A stretch of 12,067 nt of DNA from Candidatus Poribacteria bacterium. Lineage in GTDB: Bacteria > Poribacteria > WGA-4E > UBA9662. Under the pieces are notes generated by a model. It had not been told where the DNA came from. It did no database searches and was given only the letters and a program-made list of their open reading frames with translations. A program made the position numbers and the translations under genes. Positions 1 through 8,165 of the stretch are shown piece by piece (positions within the stretch are counted from its first letter, which is position 1; the number at the start of each line of letters is the position of its first letter). Location: the NCBI GenBank assembly GCA_046582655.1, contig JAYGDX010000382.1:1-12067 (forward strand), written 5' to 3'.

Positions 1-1
1 G

Positions 2-775
2 ATGAACCAAGCTATTGATCAACATCGGGATCAGATCCATATTCGGACCCCAGAACAAGCTCTGGACGGCAGCCTAGAAGAACAAGGCGGCCGAGCTTCG
101 GCAGCCTTGAAAGGTACGCACGGACGAGGTGATTTCGGCGGCTTTCTATTTTGGGATCAACCCTGGTGCCAACCTTTTCTGGATATTATTGCTATACCCT
201 TTGTCATTCGAGCCATGTTGGCCATCATCGGACCCCGGTTTCGCTTGGCTGGCACTGCTGGCCTAAGCATGACAAAGGGAAGTGAGGGCTTCATCCTGCA
301 CGGAGGAGGAACACCGGAACTTGAACACATGCGCGAGACTTTCTACCACCGTTTTGAAAATGGCTGGATGCGCAATGGCTTGGTGTCGGTCAGCTATACA
401 CTCAGCGACGTCGGCCCAGAGGATGGCGGCTTTGTTTGTATCCCAGGCAGTCACAAGGCTAACTACCTGTGTCCACTGGAAGTACGTCGGCTCGAGGTAG
501 ATTTAGGCTGTGTTAAGCATATTCCCATGAAGGCAGGTGATGCCGTGATCTTCACTGAGGCGCTGACTCATGGCACCCAGCCTTGGAAAGCCAACTTCGA
601 GCGACGTCTCCTTCGCTATCTCTATGCCCCGGCCATTCATGCCCATGGTAGTGCTGGACAATTTTCCGAAATTGAGGATCAACTGTCCCCTCTTCAACGA
701 GCTATAGTGCAAGCACCCTACCATCCCGGAAACGATGACATCGCTGCTTTGCTGGAAACTAACCAGAATCAATAG
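2..775 (+). CDS. PhyH-family Fe(II)/2OG-dependent oxygenase with HxG instead of HxD (probably 5'-truncated by the window edge)
   Basis: 257-aa ORF with PhyH hallmarks: LSDVGPEDGGFVCIPGSHK, AGDAVIFTEALTHGT (distal His) and ERR (2OG-binding Arg region). The proximal motif is LHGGG (nt 296-310). The ORF begins at nt 2, so the true start may lie upstream. Confidence 0.88.
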   Translation: MNQAIDQHRDQIHIRTPEQALDGSLEEQGGRASAALKGTHGRGDFGGFLFWDQPWCQPFLDIIAIPFVIRAMLAIIGPRFRLAGTAGLSMTKGSEGFILHGGGTPELEHMRETFYHRFENGWMRNGLVSVSYTLSDVGPEDGGFVCIPGSHKANYLCPLEVRRLEVDLGCVKHIPMKAGDAVIFTEALTHGTQPWKANFERRLLRYLYAPAIHAHGSAGQFSEIEDQLSPLQRAIVQAPYHPGNDDIAALLETNQNQ

Positions 776-830
776 AAAGAGAAGGTATCATCATACGAAA
801 ACCCTAACGCCAATATTTGACTTCTAGCTC

Positions 831-1703
831 TCACTCCAGCAGTCGTTTTAGGTTATCTTCCATATTCTCATCTCCTTGTCCACTATTCACTCGACAGGTT
901 TCATTTATCTGCACGCCGAAGCTCCGAAGTGCGCGTTTACCCGACCTTGGCCAGCCGGAAGCTACTAATTTCCAAAGCTGACAAACTTTGACTTGCAGAT
1001 ACAACGCCCGATGGTGATCTCCAGCATCAAATGCCTGATGGATGTCACCAATGACTTCAGGATAGACATTACACCCTCCGCCGATTGCCCCTACGGCTCC
1101 CACTCTCAAGGCTGGAAGATAGAGGGTTTCATTGCCTTGAAGTACGGCCATTTGACCTTCTGCTTCCACAACATGCTGCATCAGTTTGCCAATATCACTA
1201 CTGCTGTCTTTGATACCAACAATATTTTCGATTTGTGTCAGCCGGCCCAGTAACTGCGGGGTAATATTTCCTGTGCTGTTACCGGTATCGTAGAGAACAA
1301 CCGGAAGTTGCACAGATGTTGCCACTGTTTCATAATAATGATACAGAGCGTCAGCCTTGGCGTCCACAAAATCGGGGACCACAATCGTCACCGCGTCCGC
1401 ACCCAAGTCTTCTGCCAATTTTGCCAACTCCATAGTTTCGTTTAAGGAATTGCCGTGAACACCGGGCATGACAGGCCCTTGCCCTTTGGCTGCGATCAAG
1501 GTGGTTGAGATGACAAGTTTCCTTTCCTCCATTGACAACCCGCGCCACTCTCCTGTTCCACCCAGTGGAAACAGGGCTTTCAGCGGTTTTTCCAACAACC
1601 ACTCGGTTAAATGATTAATGCCCTCTGTATCTACGGCACCATTTGTTCGGAAGGGAGTAAACATGGGTACGATCGTATCAGATAGAAATTCTGGAATTCG
1701 CAT
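831..1703 (-). CDS. Dihydrodipicolinate synthase/N-acetylneuraminate lyase family class I aldolase or dehydratase (probably not a true DapA)
   Basis: 290 aa with N-terminal TPF..G.VD, LGGTGE pyruvate-binding loop, GADA, VVLYD (catalytic Tyr), IVGIKDSS (Schiff-base Lys) and GAIGGGCNVYP. Confidence 0.92.
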   Translation of the reverse strand: MRIPEFLSDTIVPMFTPFRTNGAVDTEGINHLTEWLLEKPLKALFPLGGTGEWRGLSMEERKLVISTTLIAAKGQGPVMPGVHGNSLNETMELAKLAEDLGADAVTIVVPDFVDAKADALYHYYETVATSVQLPVVLYDTGNSTGNITPQLLGRLTQIENIVGIKDSSSDIGKLMQHVVEAEGQMAVLQGNETLYLPALRVGAVGAIGGGCNVYPEVIGDIHQAFDAGDHHRALYLQVKVCQLWKLVASGWPRSGKRALRSFGVQINETCRVNSGQGDENMEDNLKRLLE

Positions 1704-1735
1704 GCTATACCTTAATCTTTGGAACTAACTGTAAT

Positions 1736-2407
1736 TTACCATTTCGTATTGAGTGCAAAACGCGGCTGACTATTCACGTTTTTACTGCCGGAATGTGCAC
1801 AGAGGAAATGGTAGAAAAGAACATCACCGCGGTTAGGCGTTAATTCCATCGGTGTGCCGAGATCGACTTGATGAATGTCATTACCCAAGACCCACATGTA
1901 TTCGTAACATGTCGGATTACTTTTGGCTAGGACCCAGATGTAGTGGTGGGATCTTGGCCAGACGATTGTACCACCACCATGTTCTTCTACATCACTGAGA
2001 TAGGTCATGGCCGCAATCCGGAAGGCACGGGGAAACGTTTTATAGCCATCTTTCTTGATCGAGTGATCAATATGTGGACTCGGCCAACTCCAATCTCCCG
2101 TGCTGGGAAAGACATTGAGCGAGTGTGCCTCTTCTGGTTTACTGTATGTTGCGGGATCGTCGCCTGCCAATTGGGCAGCAACGGTAATAAATTCATCAGT
2201 GTAGCAAGCGACGATATCATCATTCAAATAGTTTTCTACGATGGTCCCGTTGCTCCAAGTCTCAAGCTTATCAGCATCTACACCTGAACAATGCCACATT
2301 TCTTGTTCAGCCTTAACCGAAATTGAATTGGGAATCAGCCCAGACACCAGAAGATAACCTTCCTGATTGTACTGGTCAACCTGATTTGAAAATAATAGAC
2401 CCGACAC
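1736..2407 (-). CDS. PhyH-family Fe(II)/2OG dioxygenase with canonical HxD...H triad
   Basis: 223 aa: QVDQYNQEGYL N-terminus, PHID, YLSDVEEHGGGTIVWPRSH, GDVLFYHFLCAHSGSKN..PR. GTG start is preceded by AAGGA (complement of 2416-2420). Confidence 0.9.
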   Translation of the reverse strand: MSGLLFSNQVDQYNQEGYLLVSGLIPNSISVKAEQEMWHCSGVDADKLETWSNGTIVENYLNDDIVACYTDEFITVAAQLAGDDPATYSKPEEAHSLNVFPSTGDWSWPSPHIDHSIKKDGYKTFPRAFRIAAMTYLSDVEEHGGGTIVWPRSHHYIWVLAKSNPTCYEYMWVLGNDIHQVDLGTPMELTPNRGDVLFYHFLCAHSGSKNVNSQPRFALNTKW

Positions 2408-2442
2408 AATGTTTGTCCTTTTAAGAAGCTGTTTGAAAGAAA

Positions 2443-3230
2443 TTAGAGGTGTTTGAACATGAAGTGAATCATAGCCAGATAGATCATGTTTTTGGAATGT
2501 CGCCTCTTCCGTTCATAGTCTAAGCTCAAGCGACAATCCCATCCCAAACCAGGGAAAGTTCGTTCCACAACCCTCCTAATTGGGCAAGATTTGAAAACCA
2601 TTCCCTTTTAAATTGACTACGATTTCCAACACTGTTTAAAATCGATTCCATAGCCAGAAACCTAACTGCCCCGATAACCACCGTCTGCTGATAGCCGTCG
2701 GATGGAATCATACCAAAAGCCGACTGACTTCAGTAGAGGCAATAAGCCATTTGACTGTCGAAGACATTGGTATTGGTCACTTTCACCCATAATGGAACCA
2801 ACCATTGTGTCCACTACAATATGCCTTTTATGACCCTTAATTTTTTTGCCCGCCCAAGCCAAGACTATTGGCTAGCGAGCTGATCTTGACTGATTAGCTG
2901 TCAATCATAGCCGCACTGGGTTGCCATTCTCTACCAGCTTGGACTCGCGTTCGTTGATGTAAAGCACGTGAAGCAGAAACCACTTTTCTTCTCAACACCA
3001 TTTGCAGTAATGGCAATAAACAGCTTACCAAGGTGGAAAGTCCTTGGTAGCATACGCCATTGACAACCGATGGTGACTAGACACAAGATGGAATTGAGAA
3101 TTAGTCGCTGATCCCATTGGCGTAAGTATATCCCACGTGGGTCCGATTCTGCCGGATTAAGATTATAGTCGATGCCGTTGTTGATCTGTAGGACCAGTAT
3201 TGTAACTCTTTGGTTAGGATGTCACACTCA
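2443..3230 (-). pseudogene. IS5-family DDE transposase pseudogene
   Basis: Minus-strand segments in shifting frames: ILNSILCLVTIGCQWRMLP / KDFPPW*AVY..KW / AGREWQPSAAMIDS*SVK / AGKKIKGHKRHIVVDT / ADGGYRG / RLSLDYER..SKNMIYLAMIHFMFKHL*. These are recognisable IS5/IS1031-group motifs interrupted by several stops and frameshifts. The 5' end is approximate. Confidence 0.93.
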
Positions 3231-3258
3231 TTGATGGAAAAAGAAGTGTGACATCCTA
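3215..3258. repeat. Perfect 14-bp inverted repeat (16-nt loop) at the 5' end of the IS5 transposase
   Basis: TAGGATGTCACACT (3215-3228) and AGTGTGACATCCTA (3245-3258) are exact reverse complements. Confidence 0.9.
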
Positions 3259-3395
3259 CTCTACATACATTTCAATCTTTCTTTTTCCCAAACAGGTCCT
3301 GAGAGTAATCTCCTTTGATCAAAAAATGAATTCAGTCATCGTATGAAATACTTTGAAGTAATCCAGATTTACGGGAAAACGATTTCTCGGTTCTG

Positions 3396-3425
3396 TCTGG
3401 TGACAACTAGCTGACTGCCACCAGA
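3396..3425 (-). terminator. Stem-loop just downstream of the PhyH-3 stop (terminator or mRNA-stability hairpin)
   Basis: Minus strand TCTGGTGGCA...TGTCACCAGA forms a 10-bp stem with one G-U pair, 18 nt after the stop at 3444. There is no U-tract. Confidence 0.35.
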
Positions 3426-3443
3426 GTTGCACTGGTAATCTAT

Positions 3444-4201
3444 TCAGTAAAAGCTCAAAAGTTTTTCGGTGTCTGGTAAGGGATTCCGTTCGAATTTTTC
3501 GGTGATACGATGCGCCGCAGATTTTGCCCCAGGATTGCGGTAGCCGTAGACTATCGTCCAGCGTGTTGGGCTGTCAAGCTTGCGTGCATTGACGGCATGG
3601 GCAGCGTGTGTCCACATCAGAATGGCAGTGCCCGCTGGTGCCTCTAATACTTCTACCTCCAGTAATTCTCTGGTCAGCGGGTGTCTTTTACCATCCATCC
3701 GGCACACAATTGTTGATCTGTCTTGCCACTGATGGCAGGATCTCGGTAGTGATGACTGCCTGGTACCACCTTCAGAGCCGCATCATCGACAGAAACGCCA
3801 TTGACGTAAAAGAAGATACGCATGAGACCAAGTTCAGGTTGATCATCGGCGTATTCATGGCTGTGCCAGCCAAATCCCTGGTGTCCAGGCGGACGGTTGA
3901 TGGTACCACAGTGGTCAAAGCGAATGTTCGTCCCTAGCACCTTGTGGATCAGATCTAACATTTGTGAATGAGCGATCAGGCTGGCCAGATAGGGGTCGTA
4001 TTCGGCAGCATGACCGCTGTGGCACCTTAATTGGGGATCATCAGACTCCCGCAATGGCTGGATTTGAGCGAGGGATCGAGTGAGCTGCCTGCAAGTTTCT
4101 AAGTTTAGCACGCTGGGCAGGAAGAAGTGTCCATCTCGGTCGAGGGCGTTTTTTTCAGCCGCGCCAAATTTGTATGGGTAGAAGATGGGAGCTTGTTTCA
4201 T
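3444..4201 (-). pseudogene. PhyH-family dioxygenase split by a single frameshift near 3691-3700
   Basis: ORF 3674-4201 carries LDRDGHFFLP, GWHSH and LKVVPGSHH. The overlapping ORF 3444-3707 carries APAGTAILMWTHAAH..R.TIVYGY. Together they make one PhyH domain, and the frame changes at GGATGGATGGT. Confidence 0.85.
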
Positions 4202-4402
4202 ATGAGATATCCACTCATTGTATAAGTTTTTAAACTTATGTTTGTAGTTTCAAGATCTTTACCTTCTTGCAAAAGAATTATATTTCAAGGCTAACAATTC
4301 TTTTACCCACAGCAGATGATTGTTTTAGAGCAAAACAACCTTTACATCATAACCAGGTAGGGCTGGAAAGAAAGAAGTTTCTCCTTCAACCTAAAAACTA
4401 GT

Positions 4403-5002
4403 TCAGCCACCGAGAACCTCAGCAGTACTCTTGAACACCGCACCTTTTTCTCGCATCAATGCCAGAGATTCTTCACCCGTCTGTTCCTCCACCGGAGCAA
4501 CAGCGTCCTCAACAATGACGACTTTGCATCCACGCTCCAGTAACCCGAGAACTGCCGCTTTCACACAGTAGTCGGTTGCCACGCCATAAACTACATATTC
4601 TTCTGCTTCAAGTGAATCTATAACCACTTCAGTATGCAAGTTGGTAAAAACATCAAAGGTTTGCTTTTCCAGTAGAATCTGATCGAAATCTGATATCTGG
4701 CCGACCAAATCCGCCGCCTCAGCTTCGTTTTTAATCACACTGGTGTTTTCAACAGTTGTCTCTTCAATCTTCTGTTGGCCTTCGGTACCGACCACACAAT
4801 GAGGTGGGAAGATTTCAAACTCTGAATCATCAGGTGGATGAGCATCGGCAGAAGAAATGATTTTAATTTTATTCGTCAAAGCAAAATCTGTCAGGGCCTT
4901 TAGGTTATCACGGAGTTCCTCCGCGCCGGGCACAGCCAGATTACCCAGATTATGAATAAAATCAATTTGAGTGTCAATATCGACGAAGACTTGGGGGTTC
5001 AT
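4403..5002 (-). CDS. pncA: Nicotinamidase/pyrazinamidase (isochorismatase-family cysteine hydrolase)
   Basis: 199 aa: VDIDTQIDF (catalytic Asp), G.LAVPGA, DAH (metal ligands), FPPHCVVGTEG, LEK (catalytic Lys) and GVATDYCV (catalytic Cys). Confidence 0.88.
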   Translation of the reverse strand: MNPQVFVDIDTQIDFIHNLGNLAVPGAEELRDNLKALTDFALTNKIKIISSADAHPPDDSEFEIFPPHCVVGTEGQQKIEETTVENTSVIKNEAEAADLVGQISDFDQILLEKQTFDVFTNLHTEVVIDSLEAEEYVVYGVATDYCVKAAVLGLLERGCKVVIVEDAVAPVEEQTGEESLALMREKGAVFKSTAEVLGG

Positions 5003-5164
5003 TTGCCTGTTTTCCTTGTTAATAGTTAATTGAGGTTGTGATACTAATAATCAACTTTATCTAATAATATTGAGTTATCCTGAGAGTAAATAACTTGTTT
5101 AAATATTCGAAACACCCTTTCGATAACTGAAGTCCGGAAAAAACCCTCAAAACGCTTTCGGGTA

Positions 5165-6266
5165 TTATCTCTGCCAGCGAAGTCGATAATTTAAGTTGCC
5201 AGTTTCCAATTCATCCTTGATGTCATCCGGAATTTCACAGACATAAACTTGCGAAAGTCCGGTTTGATTTGAACAAAATACCACCATGTTGCTATCCCAA
5301 TTGAATGAGGGATGCGGGTGTGTCATATCCTGATGTCCAATTTTTGATTTGGGCCTGACCAACGTAGTATATATATCTACCTGAGGTGGCGTGAATCAAC
5401 ATTAATCCCTGATCGGGCCAATTGGTGTCGCTGATGATCCATTTCCCATCCCGGCTAGAGGCCGAATGCCAGAAATAAGGACCATTACAGATCGTGGTTT
5501 TCTCTATTTCATCCACTCCTGCTGTAGCGATGGCATGACCAGGAGGTAACAGTGTGCCTTGTCGCAGGTCAGTCTGGCCGTGCCACATGCAGTGGACAAA
5601 TTGCTGTTCCCTTGGTATCTTACGCAGGTTTTCACCACCAATACCGCAGGTGTATTCGCCATCTTGGCCGTTGAAAGCCAAGATTGTACCGTGATAATTG
5701 ACGGTTAGATGGTTATGCGGATACCCATGGGCAAAAGTAGCCACCTCCGACCCGTCGGTACGAAACCGTACAATCATTCGGGTACCGTCAGCTTTTGAAC
5801 TGGCACAGGCTAAGTAGTATTTGCCATCCCCAGTCATGGTGGATGGTCCAAGTCCATTCACCTCTTGGCATCGCGCAATCGCCTGTTCCTCGAAATTGTC
5901 GACGTTAAGCGATAGCAATGAATTCTCCCGTACTCCATATATACTCCTCGCCTTGTCGGGAGCGGGGATTGGGAAACTCAAACTGTATTCCTCATCGGTC
6001 AGTTGCACCAAATTGGTGCCGTTGACATCGACACGAAACAGATCCCATCCTGCATTCCGGCTGGCAAAACGTTGGGACAGAAACAGAATAGATTGGTTGT
6101 TGGAAGTAAAATTCTGGTGTTCAAAATAGAGAACTTGACTGTTGACCGGTGCATTGGTCAGTTGTAAATAAACGACTCCTGTTTCTGTGTCCCTGATCTT
6201 AATGCGTTCCCAACCGTAAGATTTGCCACGAAATCCTGTGTCGATCATCATTTCTTCTATAATCAT
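5165..6266 (-). pseudogene. Oligogalacturonate-lyase-like/TolB-type beta-propeller, frameshifted near 5368-5376
   Basis: ORF 5292-6266 has DTETG...QLT, LYFEHQNFT, QLTD repeats, HNH, FVHCMW and FWHSASSRDGKWIISD. ORF 5165-5362 supplies the family's C-terminal HPHPSF..D...VVF.SN.TG.SQVY blade. The frame changes within an (AT)n run. Confidence 0.78.
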
Positions 6267-6272
6267 ATAATT

Positions 6273-6301
6273 AAGGTTGCTTCTTCAATAGCAGCAACCT
6301 T
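6273..6301. promoter_or_regulatory. 9-bp inverted repeat immediately upstream of the beta-propeller gene
   Basis: AAGGTTGCT (6273-6281) and AGCAACCTT (6293-6301) with an 11-nt spacer, 6 nt from the ATG at 6266. It could be an operator or a leader hairpin. Confidence 0.35.
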
Positions 6302-6494
6302 GTTTGCATATTACAACTGGTTGAAGGAATTATTTTCTAATCTTTTACCAACTGTATGTTCAAAGTGAAACTAACAGAGAAACTCTAAATTGTCCATGGA
6401 TCACATCCCAGATTGACATTCGCTGTTTTTGCTTTGCACCTGGTGGATACGGTAATGTAACCGTCCCATACAATTAAAAGAGCTTGTAACGTCT

Positions 6495-6614
6495 TTGGAA
6501 TCTTCATTCTCAAATCGAGACCGATTTAATTATCTGGCCTGTTTTCTCAATTTTTTTGGTTTTTTGGTGGGTTATAGTTTCTTCTCACCGCTGACTATCA
6601 TTCCGCTCTTTGTA
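6495..6614 (+). pseudogene. 5' stub of an MFS transporter (first transmembrane helix only)
   Basis: RDRFNYLACFLNFFGFLVGYSFFSPLTIIPLFV resembles the N-terminus of a common MFS subfamily (N......GMSFFSP.TI.PLFV). Similarity stops abruptly at about 6614. Confidence 0.6.
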
Positions 6615-6890
6615 CTGATTCGACTGGCGATTCAGAGTACGAATCCAGACGCAAAATCCGTCGGCCACCGAGTCAAGCCACATGCGTCTTGTGTTGGAAG
6701 GTGACAACCTTGTTTGCTTCAGCATAGGCTGAGGCCGCTTCCATGCCGTACTCATACAGCCAATCCTCGTACCACTATCGTCGGTTCCTGCAACCTCGAT
6801 TTGACCGTTTAGCCCACCGCTGAAACCTAGGGACCTCCTAGGTTGATAAAAATTACTCAGGATTAATAATAGCTTTATCCAAAAAGGCAT
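6615..6890 (-). pseudogene. 5' stub of a secreted BNR-4-repeat-like (beta-propeller) protein
   Basis: A signal-peptide-like MPFWIKLLLIL start is followed, across frameshifts, by YEDWLYEYG..ASAYAEANKVVTFQHKTHVA / WLDSVADGFCVWIRTLNRQSNQ. I recognise this as the N-terminus of BNR-4-like proteins. It is truncated where it meets the MFS stub. Confidence 0.5.
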
Positions 6891-7040
6891 TTGTTTCTTA
6901 CGAAGTTCAAGTTTTAAGACCCCTGTCGGACCATTTCAGTTTTTTAATAATTAACCCTGCTACCCTTTTGTTTTCACTGCTTTATTCGTAATAATAATTA
7001 TCGCGATATAAGTTTCATCGTGTTTCCTCCAAGGGTAAAT

Positions 7041-7883
7041 TTAGGCCGCCACCATTTCGGCGTAGAGATCGGGTGGGGAAGTGAAACGAATACCCAAATC
7101 TTTGGCCCGGACAATCAGTTCCTCAATCCAAGCCCCTTTTGTCTGAAAAAAGGTTTCGACATTCACCGTGCCGTGGTCGTGTGAACAAACGTTCCAGACC
7201 AAACTTTCAGCGGCTACTTTTTCTAGCATAGCAAACAGATAGTCTTGGTAAGAATCGCCAAATTGCCGATCATCAAATCGATCCCAATAAAAATCGTCCT
7301 GATAACCTTGAACGCCAAGCTCTAATATGTCTGAAAAACTTTGGTCGGTGTAGAAAAACGGTTGTTCGCTAAAAGGGGTTGGTTGGCAATCGCGAGAATC
7401 TCGGGCATTGGTACGGATCCACTGAATGCCATTGTCCAACAAAATTTGCAGAATGTCGGGTCGATCGGCCAACCTCCGATAGTAGCCCCATGGACCAGTT
7501 AAGCCTTGGCACTCAATTTCCAGCAAATCGGTAATCAAAATCTGCATGCTGTGAATCTCTTCTTGAATCTGTTCCAAAGTACCGCCCTGATGAAAAAAAT
7601 TAGGTGATTGACCATGAATAGGTTTGCCATCATCTGGACGCATATAGATCGACTTCAATAAAACGTGGTTGAAGGTGTGCTGACCAATCGAGAGTAACGG
7701 TTCATCCATCACCGCTCGAACGTCCTCGACACGTGCTGATAGCGTTTGCCCCGTAAGGTAGATGGTCCAAGGCACATCGTGCTTCTGATGCAGTCGTTGT
7801 GCGCCTTGCAGAAAACCACCAGTGGCGTCGGACGCACTTTCTACGTCGTACCCAAATATAATTGAACCTTGAGTTGTCGGCAT
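7041..7883 (-). CDS. Polysaccharide deacetylase (CE4/NodB-like) family protein
   Basis: 280 aa: FGYDVE (motif 1 variant), VPWTIYLTG, IGQHTFNH (HxxxH metal site), GLTGPWGY (motif 3 variant) and CSHD (motif 5). Strong SD AAGGAG lies 7 nt upstream of the ATG. Confidence 0.85.
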   Translation of the reverse strand: MPTTQGSIIFGYDVESASDATGGFLQGAQRLHQKHDVPWTIYLTGQTLSARVEDVRAVMDEPLLSIGQHTFNHVLLKSIYMRPDDGKPIHGQSPNFFHQGGTLEQIQEEIHSMQILITDLLEIECQGLTGPWGYYRRLADRPDILQILLDNGIQWIRTNARDSRDCQPTPFSEQPFFYTDQSFSDILELGVQGYQDDFYWDRFDDRQFGDSYQDYLFAMLEKVAAESLVWNVCSHDHGTVNVETFFQTKGAWIEELIVRAKDLGIRFTSPPDLYAEMVAA

Positions 7884-7889
7884 TGTATT

Positions 7890-8128
7890 TCTCCTTCCAA
7901 TTTAGTGTGTCACCTTGTGAGGTCTTGACGGCATCACCAACTTCAAGGATCAGCATTGGCTTCACCACCAACGTTTTCTAGGTAGCCTTGATCAATATTG
8001 TTACCAGAGAAAGGGTTGAGTATCAGTCAATCTCTGATAAAGCCAACGTCTACTTGATTGACTTGTGCAGTTGAGTGACAAACGGTAAGTAGACATAAGG
8101 CCGGAATCAGGATCAGGTATCGGTTCAT
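7890..8128 (-). pseudogene. 5' stub of a secreted protein of unknown function
   Basis: MNRYLILIPALCLLTVCHSTAQ (signal-peptide-like) then GFIRD*LILNPF...YLENVGGEANADP / EVGDAVKTSQGDTLNWK. TGA at 8027-8029 sits at the expected Trp of a 'GFI..WL.LGPF...GGEA' extracellular module, and a further frameshift follows. The stub runs into the deacetylase RBS. Confidence 0.6.
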
Positions 8129-8165
8129 CGTATTGTTCTTCAGTTGTGCTAAGAATTCAGATGAA

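Larger units (their letters stand above)
2425..3299 (-). mobile_element. Degenerate IS5-family element (IS1031-like), about 875 bp
   Basis: Imperfect terminal inverted repeats GAAGCTGTTTGAAAGAAA (2425-2442) and GGACCTGTTTGGGAAAAA (reverse complement of 3282-3299), 13/18 identical. Flanks are TAA (2422-2424) and TGA (3300-3302), a decayed 3-bp TWA-type target duplication. The element encloses a full transposase remnant. Confidence 0.85.

Noticed and set aside
4358..4398. Imperfect hairpin downstream of pncA
   Set aside because: The stem has several mismatches and no U-tract on the coding strand, so it is too weak to call a terminator.
6915..6931. TAA-GACCCCTGTCGGAC resembling an orphan IS end, with a 9/10 inverted match at 9413-9422
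   Set aside because: The match is too short to exceed chance. There is no adjacent transposase remnant or target duplication.
8027..8029. TGA at an expected Trp position (possible genetic code 4)
   Set aside because: Intact genes here use TGG for Trp and TGA as a real stop (831-833, 4403-4405). The stub is also frameshifted.
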